From NCBI GenBank assembly GCA_003144275.1, contig NJBF01000077.1, positions 1 to 8,628 of the forward strand: a stretch of DNA of 8,628 nucleotides. The letters are read 5' to 3'. The notes beneath the pieces were generated by a model, which saw only the letters and a program-made list of their open reading frames with translations, was not told the origin of the DNA and ran no database searches. The translations under genes were made by a program, and so were the position numbers. Each line of letters begins with the position of its first letter. The stretch's first letter is position 1. Of this stretch, positions 1 through 6,510 are shown in pieces. Source of the stretch: Candidatus Heimdallarchaeota archaeon B3_Heim. Its GTDB lineage: Archaea > Asgardarchaeota > Heimdallarchaeia > Hodarchaeales > Hodarchaeaceae.

Positions 1-1
1 T

Positions 2-295
2 GTACCGGATTTAGAAAAATATGTAGATTATTGCTGTGGGAAAAAATCTCATGAAAATTTTAAACGATGGCCAACAGGGGCTGAAGCCATATGGTCACTT
101 ACGCAAAATTGGGGACATCTTTCTGTATGGGATAGTACGCTACTCGGGAATTTCTTACACGAAGCTGGATTTGTTAACGTAAGAGAGGTGGATTTTTTAG
201 AAGGTACAGATAAAAGAATTATTAAAGATAATGAAAGGAGGAGATGGGAGTCGTTATATATGGAAGCACAAAAACCACAAGAAACTTGCAATTGA
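2..295 (+). CDS. 3' part of a class I SAM-dependent methyltransferase (Methyltransf_11-like, glycan-locus type), truncated by the left window edge
   Basis: Frame +2 is open from base 2 to TGA at 293-295. My translation (97 aa): VPDLEKYVDYCCGKKSHENFKRWPTGAEAIWSLTQNWGHLSVWDSTLLGNFLHEAGFVNVREVDFLEGTDKRIIKDNERRRWESLYMEAQKPQETCN. VPDLE, H..WD...L...L..AGF..V and the terminal SLY.EA.KP match the C-terminal half of small methyltransferases common in polysaccharide loci. The SAM-binding motif I lies outside the window. Confidence 0.75.
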   Translation, partial: VPDLEKYVDYCCGKKSHENFKRWPTGAEAIWSLTQNWGHLSVWDSTLLGNFLHEAGFVNVREVDFLEGTDKRIIKDNERRRWESLYMEAQKPQETCN

Positions 296-410
296 GAAAA
301 ATAAAGCAGCAGAATGAAAAGAAAAATAGGGGTTTTATCGAGAACAAACCACATTTTCCTGCAAACACAGTGAGTATATTGTCTTTTTTCAACAATTCCT
401 TGAGGGGCCG

Positions 411-1337
411 ATGGGAGAAAAACTAACTACCCCTGTGTTATTCATAGTTTTTAATCGCCCAGATACAACACGGCGAGTTTTTAATGAAATACGGAGAGGT
501 AAACCGACTAAGCTTTTTGTGGCAGCTGATGGGCCAAGAAAAAACAAGAAGGGCGAGAATGAGAGATGTCAAGCAGCAAGGGATATTATCAACCAAGTAG
601 ATTGGGATTGTAAAGTCAAAACACTTTTTAGAGGTAAGAATTTGGGATGTAAAATGGCTGTTAGTTCGGCAATTGACTGGTTTTTTGAAAACGTGGAAGA
701 AGGCATTATTTTGGAGGACGATTGTGTACCGAGTCAAAGTTTTTTTTGGTTTTGTCAGGAGTTACTTGAGAAATACAAAGATGATGAGAGAGTGATGATG
801 ATTAGTGGCACTAATGTAAACATTGAGTGGAAATCAGATTTGCAGGACTATCACTTTTCATATTATGGTGGTATATGGGGTTGGGGAACTTGGAAGAGAG
901 CGTGGAATTATTTTGATGTAGAGATGTCAAAATGGAAAAACACTTACTGGAGAAAACAAATAAAGTATCTAATTGGTGAAAAACAATACAAAGAAAGAGC
1001 GAGGAATTATGAAAAAACATTTACTAAGCAGTTAGATGCGTGGGGCTATGCCTGGAGCTTTGCTAGGTTAATAAATTCTGGGATGTCTGTAGTCCCGTCA
1101 AAAAATCTAATTTCTAATATCGGATTTAATTCTGAAGCAACCCACACAAAAAACATGAGGCATAAAACAAATAATCTAAAAAGATTTGAGATTGAGTTAC
1201 CATTGACCGATAATCCAATAGTTATTGTAGATGGAGATTACGATTATGTTTTTTCAAGCATAAACAATCGAAGCTTATTGAAAAGAACCATAGACAGGGC
1301 TAGAAAAGTATTTCAAAGAATTTATATTAGGTTTTAA
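411..1337 (+). CDS. GT-A fold nucleotide-diphospho-sugar transferase (family often annotated 'hemolytic protein HlpA-like'; distantly GnT-I/GT13-like)
   Basis: 308 aa. Motifs PVLFIVFNRPDTT, LFVAADGPR, VDWDCKVKTLFRGKNLGCK, GIILEDD (DxD-type metal motif, EDD at 714-722), IWGWGTWKRAW, NLISNIGF. Purine-rich GAGGGG at 402-407 upstream of the ATG. Confidence 0.85.
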   Translation: MGEKLTTPVLFIVFNRPDTTRRVFNEIRRGKPTKLFVAADGPRKNKKGENERCQAARDIINQVDWDCKVKTLFRGKNLGCKMAVSSAIDWFFENVEEGIILEDDCVPSQSFFWFCQELLEKYKDDERVMMISGTNVNIEWKSDLQDYHFSYYGGIWGWGTWKRAWNYFDVEMSKWKNTYWRKQIKYLIGEKQYKERARNYEKTFTKQLDAWGYAWSFARLINSGMSVVPSKNLISNIGFNSEATHTKNMRHKTNNLKRFEIELPLTDNPIVIVDGDYDYVFSSINNRSLLKRTIDRARKVFQRIYIRF

Positions 1338-1361
1338 CGATAAACGTACGAGATAAGAAAA

Positions 1362-2315
1362 ATGATAAAACAAGTTAGTATTTTAAACACATCGATTTCC
1401 TCAAATAACTTGGGAGATTATATAATTATGGATTCGGTAAAGAAGGAATTAAATGATATTATGCCAGATAGTTTTTTTGTCGAACTGCAAACACACGACA
1501 AACTTGGAAAAGTTAGTTATAAAAATCTTAAAAAATCAAATCTTTCTATTGTGGGAGGAACGAATCTCTTGTCGTCAAATATGAATTCTTATAATCAGTG
1601 GAAAATTGGATTGATTGACTCAATTTTCTTAAAAGATGTAGTTCTGATGGGCGTTGGATGGTGGCAGTACCAAAAAGATCCAAATCTTTACACTAAAACT
1701 CTGCTTAGAAGGATATTAAGCAAAAAATTCTTGCACGCGGTTAGGGATAACTACACTAAAAGAAAACTCGAATCTATCCGAATCAGCAATGTTATAAATA
1801 CGGGGTGCCCTACGATGTGGAACCTTACCCCAGACCATTGCAAAAAGATACCGAAGATAAAATCAAATAATGTTGTCTGCACCTTCACTGATTACAATAC
1901 CTGTTTAGAAAAAGACAGAAAACTAATTCGGGTATTAAAAAAATGTTATGATAAAATATATGTTTGGATTCAAGGTAGTCAAGATTATGAATACATAAAA
2001 AGGATTTCTGAAAAGGATATTCTAGTTATACCACCCAACTTAGAAGCTTTTAACCGATTGCTTAAATCTGATATAAGTTTAGATTATGTTGGTACAAGAC
2101 TTCATGCGGGGATAAGAGCAATGCAATTCTTCAAACGAGTAATCATAATTGGTATTGATAATAGGTCAATTGAGATTGGAAAGGATTTTAATTTGAAGGT
2201 AATAGAAAGAGATAATATTAAACAACTAGAGAACGAAATCAACAGTAATTTTGAAACAAAATTACATTTACCCTTAGATGATATTGAGAAATGGAGAAAT
2301 CAATTTGATGGGTAA
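1362..2315 (+). CDS. Polysaccharide pyruvyl transferase family protein (PS_pyruv_trans)
   Basis: 317 aa. N-terminal NNLGDYII, GGTNLL, MGVG, AVRD..T, GCPTMW and C-terminal DYVGTRLHAGIRAMQ...IGIDNR match the N.GD / GGG-like / VRD / RLH pattern of this family. Confidence 0.88.
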   Translation: MIKQVSILNTSISSNNLGDYIIMDSVKKELNDIMPDSFFVELQTHDKLGKVSYKNLKKSNLSIVGGTNLLSSNMNSYNQWKIGLIDSIFLKDVVLMGVGWWQYQKDPNLYTKTLLRRILSKKFLHAVRDNYTKRKLESIRISNVINTGCPTMWNLTPDHCKKIPKIKSNNVVCTFTDYNTCLEKDRKLIRVLKKCYDKIYVWIQGSQDYEYIKRISEKDILVIPPNLEAFNRLLKSDISLDYVGTRLHAGIRAMQFFKRVIIIGIDNRSIEIGKDFNLKVIERDNIKQLENEINSNFETKLHLPLDDIEKWRNQFDG

Positions 2316-2340
2316 AGATATAACCTTAATATTATGAAGA

Positions 2341-2350
2341 TTATTTATAG
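2341..2350 (+). promoter_or_regulatory. Possible archaeal TATA box (TTTATA at 2344-2349) with purine-rich BRE-like GAAGA just upstream
   Basis: Lies in the 65-bp AT-rich spacer, 31 nt before the ATG at 2381, a spacing compatible with a short-leader archaeal transcript. Such hexamers also arise by chance in AT-rich DNA. Confidence 0.3.
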
Positions 2351-2380
2351 TGTAATTTCAAATTAATTGCCGTTTCTTAA

Positions 2381-3646
2381 ATGAAAGTAGTAATAGTTAA
2401 CAAATCAGACATTCAGGGTGGAGCTGCTCGGGCAGCCTATAGACTACATACAGGTCTTAGGGAAATCGGTGTAGATTCAAAGATGCTCGTAGATAATAAA
2501 ATAAGTGATGATCCGAACGTTTATGGCCCGGAGGGGAAAATTAATAAGTCATGGAGCAAAGTTCGCCCTTTTATAGATAGAATACCTCTTAAATTATATG
2601 ATTGGCAAAAGACACCATTTCATCCCGCATGGATAGGCAGAAACATAATAGGCCATGAACTAGTCAAGAAAACTGATATTACAAACTTACACTGGATAGC
2701 AGGAGGTTTTCTTTCTATAAGGGGTATCTCGAGCCTTGTTAAGTTAGGTAAGCCTATAGTTTGGACACTCCATGACATGTGGGCCCTTACCGGAGGATGC
2801 CACTACTCAGGAGATTGTGAAAAATATATTGATTCTTGTGGTGCATGTCCTCAGTTAAACTGCGATAAACATAACGATATTACCAGAAAAATTTGGAGGA
2901 GAAAAAAAAGAGCGTATAAAGATTTGGATTTGACAATTGTAACTCCCAGCAGATGGTTGGCTGAGTGTGCCAAAAGAAGTTCATTGTTATCGGATTTAAA
3001 AGTTGAAGTGATACCGAATGGCTTGAATACCAACATATTTAAGCCTATAGAGAAATTGGCAGCAAGGAATATTCTTAATCTCTCCAAAAATAAAAAAATA
3101 ATTTTGATTGGGGCCATGAGTCCAACTACAGACAGGAGAAAAGGTTTCAAATATTTAAAAGAGGCAATTAATAAGCTGGAGAATATGAACGTTTTTAATA
3201 AAGATGAACTATGTCTTGTAACCTTTGGGGCTTCTCATTCCAGAGATATTGAAAAAATTCCCTTTGAAGTAAAATTTCTCGGAAGACTTTACGACGATTT
3301 TTCATTAGCGTTAAGTTATAGTGCGGCTGACATTTTCATGATTCCTTCTCTTCAAGATAATCTTCCAAATACTGTAATGGAATCCCTTTCCTGTGGAACT
3401 CCTGTAGTTGCTTTTAATATTGGTGGAATGCCGGATCTGATTGAGCATAAAAAAAATGGCTACTTAGCAAAGGAGAAAGATCCTAAAGATTTGGCAATTG
3501 GCATTAAATGGATAATTGTGGATGATGAGAGAAGAAAAAAAATTTCAATGAATGCAAGAGAAAAAGCTTTGAGAGAATATACATTGAAAATACAGGCTGA
3601 GCGGTATGTAAATTTATATAAGAGCTTGTTACAAAATAGAATATAG
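2381..3646 (+). CDS. GT4 family glycosyltransferase, WcaC-like subgroup
   Basis: 421 aa. Motifs GGAARAAYRLH, NLHWIAGGFLSI, KPIVWTLHDMW..TGGCHY..DC.KY...CG.CPQL, TPSRWLA, RKGFKYL, PSLQDNLPNTVMESLSCGTPVVAFNIGGMPDLIEHKKNGYLA (D-x7-E donor motif). Confidence 0.92.
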   Translation: MKVVIVNKSDIQGGAARAAYRLHTGLREIGVDSKMLVDNKISDDPNVYGPEGKINKSWSKVRPFIDRIPLKLYDWQKTPFHPAWIGRNIIGHELVKKTDITNLHWIAGGFLSIRGISSLVKLGKPIVWTLHDMWALTGGCHYSGDCEKYIDSCGACPQLNCDKHNDITRKIWRRKKRAYKDLDLTIVTPSRWLAECAKRSSLLSDLKVEVIPNGLNTNIFKPIEKLAARNILNLSKNKKIILIGAMSPTTDRRKGFKYLKEAINKLENMNVFNKDELCLVTFGASHSRDIEKIPFEVKFLGRLYDDFSLALSYSAADIFMIPSLQDNLPNTVMESLSCGTPVVAFNIGGMPDLIEHKKNGYLAKEKDPKDLAIGIKWIIVDDERRKKISMNAREKALREYTLKIQAERYVNLYKSLLQNRI

Positions 3647-3668
3647 GAATAAGAAGAGTCAAAGGACA

Positions 3669-4382
3669 ATGAAGGAGAAATCTATTAATACTGGGTACCC
3701 CAAGTCTGAGGCAGTAGTTTATGATCGGAAGAGATTTTCCGATCCCAAAGGAAGACTATTTAATAAATTAGAAATGCACCAATTAGAACGTATCCTACAT
3801 GTCCTACCGCTCCGGCAACGAATATTAGAGGTAGGATGTGGAACCGGCAGATTTATGGTGAAATGTTTGGAAGCCGGACATGAGGTTCACGGATTGGATC
3901 TCTCACCCCAGATGCTGGAAGAATGCGTTAAGAAAACCTCGAATTTTAAGCAAGTAAACTATTGTTTGGCCGAGGGTTCTAAATTGCCTTTTAAGGACAG
4001 TCAATTTGATTTCGTATATTCGATTAGGACGTTAAATCAGGTTTCGTCAAAGTCCTATGCTTTGGATATGATCCGCGAAATGATTCGAGTGTGTGGCGAT
4101 AATGGGACAATCCTTGTTGAATTCGTTAATAAATGCAGCGTGGCATTAGGTAGATATCGTTCTGTCCAACTCTCGATCAACGATATCAAATCGGTGGTTA
4201 AAAAATACGGAAATGTTGAAATTAAAGATATTTCGGGGATATTGATCTTCTCGCAGACTTTAATGAATCTAACGCCGGTCTTATTATTAGACATATTTGA
4301 AAGATTCGATACCTTTTTTTCCAAAATGTTTCCGGTGCTTTCGACTCGGTCTTATGTTACCCTGCAAAAGAAAGTCTCGTAA
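3669..4382 (+). CDS. Class I SAM-dependent methyltransferase (Methyltransf_11-like small-molecule/glycan methyltransferase)
   Basis: 237 aa. Motif I ILEVGCGTGRF, post-I VHGLDLSPQMLE, motif II LPFKDSQFDFVYS, motif III REMIRVC..NGTILVE. No DPPY/NPPY/PC motif, so not a DNA methyltransferase. AGGA at 3663-3666 before the ATG. Confidence 0.92.
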   Translation: MKEKSINTGYPKSEAVVYDRKRFSDPKGRLFNKLEMHQLERILHVLPLRQRILEVGCGTGRFMVKCLEAGHEVHGLDLSPQMLEECVKKTSNFKQVNYCLAEGSKLPFKDSQFDFVYSIRTLNQVSSKSYALDMIREMIRVCGDNGTILVEFVNKCSVALGRYRSVQLSINDIKSVVKKYGNVEIKDISGILIFSQTLMNLTPVLLLDIFERFDTFFSKMFPVLSTRSYVTLQKKVS

Positions 4383-4420
4383 TCGAAGTGCCGTAGCTAT
4401 AGTAAATAGAAGGGTTTTGT

Positions 4421-5614
4421 ATGATGAAGGTTGGTATATTTGTCGCTGAAGCTAAGTATTCTGTAAATACGTTTAATACCATTTCAGGACATGTACAGGT
4501 GCCTCTCTTAAGCGCCAATATATTAGAAAAACATGGTTATGAGGCTACCCTTATTACCAGTAAAGCTCCTGAGGGATATCAGTTACCCCCCATTGCTTCT
4601 AAAAAGCTAAGTGTAGAAACTGTTATGAGTGTATCTAAAAAATGGCCTAATCAGGGAACTCGACTTTTGAGAGTGCCATTATTGATTAATGAATTGCGAA
4701 AGCTGATATTGTCCTCGAATTTTGATATAATCCACGCCTTTGGAGATATTGAAACTGCTTACCTCTTAGGATTACTCAAAGCTAGGAAGATTTCTACTAC
4801 GGCGTTTATGACATTTCAGAATTTCAGCATCTCGAACTTGCCTTTCGTCAAGTTATTAACCACTAAATTCTTGAAAAACATAGATGCTTTGATAACCCTA
4901 ACAGATTATACAAAGATACAAATGCTTCAGTCAGGTTTAGGTTCAGTTGTCGATAAGAGCAAAGTAGTAGTGATGCAACCAGGGATTGAGAAACAGTTCA
5001 AAATTGATAGGGGGAAGTTACCTTCACTGAATCCTAAACGGTGTGTTCTCTTTTGGCGGAACGCAAATCGAGAAAATGGTGCGGATATATGTGCCGAGGC
5101 TTTTAAACAATTAAGTGGTGAATATCCCGATACTAGCTTTATATTCGCTGTTCGACCGGGCGATGAATATGATGAGGAACTTTCAAGAATTAGCCAAATA
5201 TATGAAAATATTGAACTCTTATTCTATCCCTATACAGACAATATTCGAATGGAAGATTTGCTGACCTCGGCTACGGTAGTTGTTCTCCCATTTCGAAAAC
5301 TTAGTATTAATCCGCAACTTGTAGTTTTAGAGACTTTGGCTAGCGGCACTCCACTTGTTACGACTCCTGTTGAGTCAAACAGAGAGATCATCAAACATCG
5401 TGAAACCGGCATATTAGTTCCACTATCCGTAAACGAGATTGCCGCAGCACTTAGAGAATTATTAAGTAAGCCATCTTTTGCGAGAAAGATAGGCATTAAC
5501 GCCAAATATCACATTCAGAAAGAATGGAATTGGGAAAAATACGGAGAGAAGCTAATAAAGCTGTACGAGGAAGTTAAGATAACTAAACGCAAGTCGAAAA
5601 GATTTAAAGCATAA
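4421..5614 (+). CDS. GT4 (GT-B) family glycosyltransferase, divergent
   Basis: 397 aa. MKVGIFV start, FDIIHAFG, DALITLTDYTK, MQPGI, C-terminal VVVLPF...LVVLETLASGTPLVTTPVESNREIIKHRETGILVP...IAAALRELL and WNWEKYGEKLIKLYEEV. The start could be either ATG of ATGATG. Confidence 0.85.
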   Translation: MMKVGIFVAEAKYSVNTFNTISGHVQVPLLSANILEKHGYEATLITSKAPEGYQLPPIASKKLSVETVMSVSKKWPNQGTRLLRVPLLINELRKLILSSNFDIIHAFGDIETAYLLGLLKARKISTTAFMTFQNFSISNLPFVKLLTTKFLKNIDALITLTDYTKIQMLQSGLGSVVDKSKVVVMQPGIEKQFKIDRGKLPSLNPKRCVLFWRNANRENGADICAEAFKQLSGEYPDTSFIFAVRPGDEYDEELSRISQIYENIELLFYPYTDNIRMEDLLTSATVVVLPFRKLSINPQLVVLETLASGTPLVTTPVESNREIIKHRETGILVPLSVNEIAAALRELLSKPSFARKIGINAKYHIQKEWNWEKYGEKLIKLYEEVKITKRKSKRFKA

Positions 5615-5639
5615 TCATCAAAAGAGCAGGGTTAATTTT

Positions 5640-6503
5640 ATGCATAACACATCACGCAAACTAGAAGGTGGGCTCCGGACTAACGGTCTGTTCAATAAAA
5701 AGTCTGAACCAGATAAACCTTTAATTAGCGCAATAACCATAGTTTTTAATGGTGAGAAATATCTCGAACAGACAATTCAGAGTGTTATAAATCAAACTTA
5801 CGATAATATTGAATACATTATGATTGACGGCGGTTCTACTGATGGAACACTGGATATTATCAGAAAATATGAAGATAAAATTGCCTACTGGGTTAGTGAG
5901 AAGGATGAGGGAATAGGTGATGCTTTTAATAAAGGGATAAAGCTATCATCGGGTGAAATTATAGGTATAATTCATTCAGATGATTATTATGCCAGTAAGG
6001 ACGTCGTCTGTAAGGTAGTTAATAAGTTCAATAAATATCAAAATATAAAAGCTATTTACGGAATAATCGATTTTGTAGATCCAAAAACTAATGAGCTTGA
6101 ACTAAGATGGGGTAAAGATTGCAGTCCAAATGAAATTAAGAAAAGAATGTATATTCCTCATCCAACATTATTTTGTAAAAAAGAAGTTTGTAAGAATATA
6201 GGTTATTTCAGAAAAGACCTTAAATATGCGATGGATTATGAATGGGCAATCAGACTGGTAAAATATACTAAACCTTACTTTCTAAACAAAAGAATTGCCG
6301 TAATGAGAAGAGGCGGAATCAATATGAGAAATATTAAAAACACTTTTTGGGAAGCGTCTAAGAGTCTATGGGAAAATGGATACTATATGGATGCAATTAT
6401 AATGATTATTAGGAGTAATGTTAAAGATGCTATGGAGAAAGTCATACGAAAACTTAGATTAAATATTGTTATAAAAAAATATCATAATATGAAAAAGTAC
6501 TGA
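5640..6503 (+). CDS. GT2 family glycosyltransferase, WfgS/WcaE-like subgroup
   Basis: 287 aa. PLISAITIVFNGEKYLEQTIQSVINQTYDNIEYIMIDGGSTDGT, WVSEKDEGIGDAFNKGI, IIHSDD (DxD-equivalent), IPHPTLFCKK, KYAMDYEW. Short N-terminal extension with EGGLR. Confidence 0.93.
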   Translation: MHNTSRKLEGGLRTNGLFNKKSEPDKPLISAITIVFNGEKYLEQTIQSVINQTYDNIEYIMIDGGSTDGTLDIIRKYEDKIAYWVSEKDEGIGDAFNKGIKLSSGEIIGIIHSDDYYASKDVVCKVVNKFNKYQNIKAIYGIIDFVDPKTNELELRWGKDCSPNEIKKRMYIPHPTLFCKKEVCKNIGYFRKDLKYAMDYEWAIRLVKYTKPYFLNKRIAVMRRGGINMRNIKNTFWEASKSLWENGYYMDAIIMIIRSNVKDAMEKVIRKLRLNIVIKKYHNMKKY

Positions 6504-6510
6504 CTTTCAT
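6489..6510. terminator. Weak AT-rich hairpin covering both convergent stop codons; possible shared termination zone
   Basis: ATGAAA-AA-GT-actg-AC-TTTCAT (8 bp stem, 2-nt bulge). There are oligo-T tracts downstream on each strand: T6 at 6559-6564 on +, and T5 at 6492-6496 and T7 at 6473-6479 on -. Confidence 0.2.

Noticed and set aside
296-410. 115-bp spacer as ncRNA, riboswitch or strong terminator
   Set aside because: Only weak 5-bp stems (GGTTT/AAACC, ATTGT/ACAAT), a T6 run and a TATATT were found. This is insufficient to call any element.
49-426. ORFs 49..354 (-) and 244..426 (+)
   Set aside because: They overlap the frame +2 methyltransferase and the 411 start and have no motifs. The hydrophobic look of the - ORF is the usual artefact of reading antisense to a purine-rich coding strand.
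411-1337. Haemolysin/virulence interpretation of the HlpA-like gene
   Set aside because: The sequence has GT-A motifs (EDD, NLG, WGW), no secretion signal, and sits in a glycan operon.
3644-3652. TAG stop as possible pyrrolysine read-through
   Set aside because: It is followed immediately by GAA TAA, the GT4 is already complete, and the next gene is in another frame.
3669-4382. Restriction-modification or defence role for the methyltransferase
   Set aside because: No DNA methyltransferase catalytic motif (DPPY/NPPY/PC) and no nuclease nearby.
438-5505. Antisense ORFs 438..737, 811..1020, 2851..3150, 3460..3669, 4055..4324, 5230..5505
   Set aside because: All are short, lie almost entirely opposite well-supported genes, are Phe/Leu/Ser-rich shadows, and have no recognisable domains.
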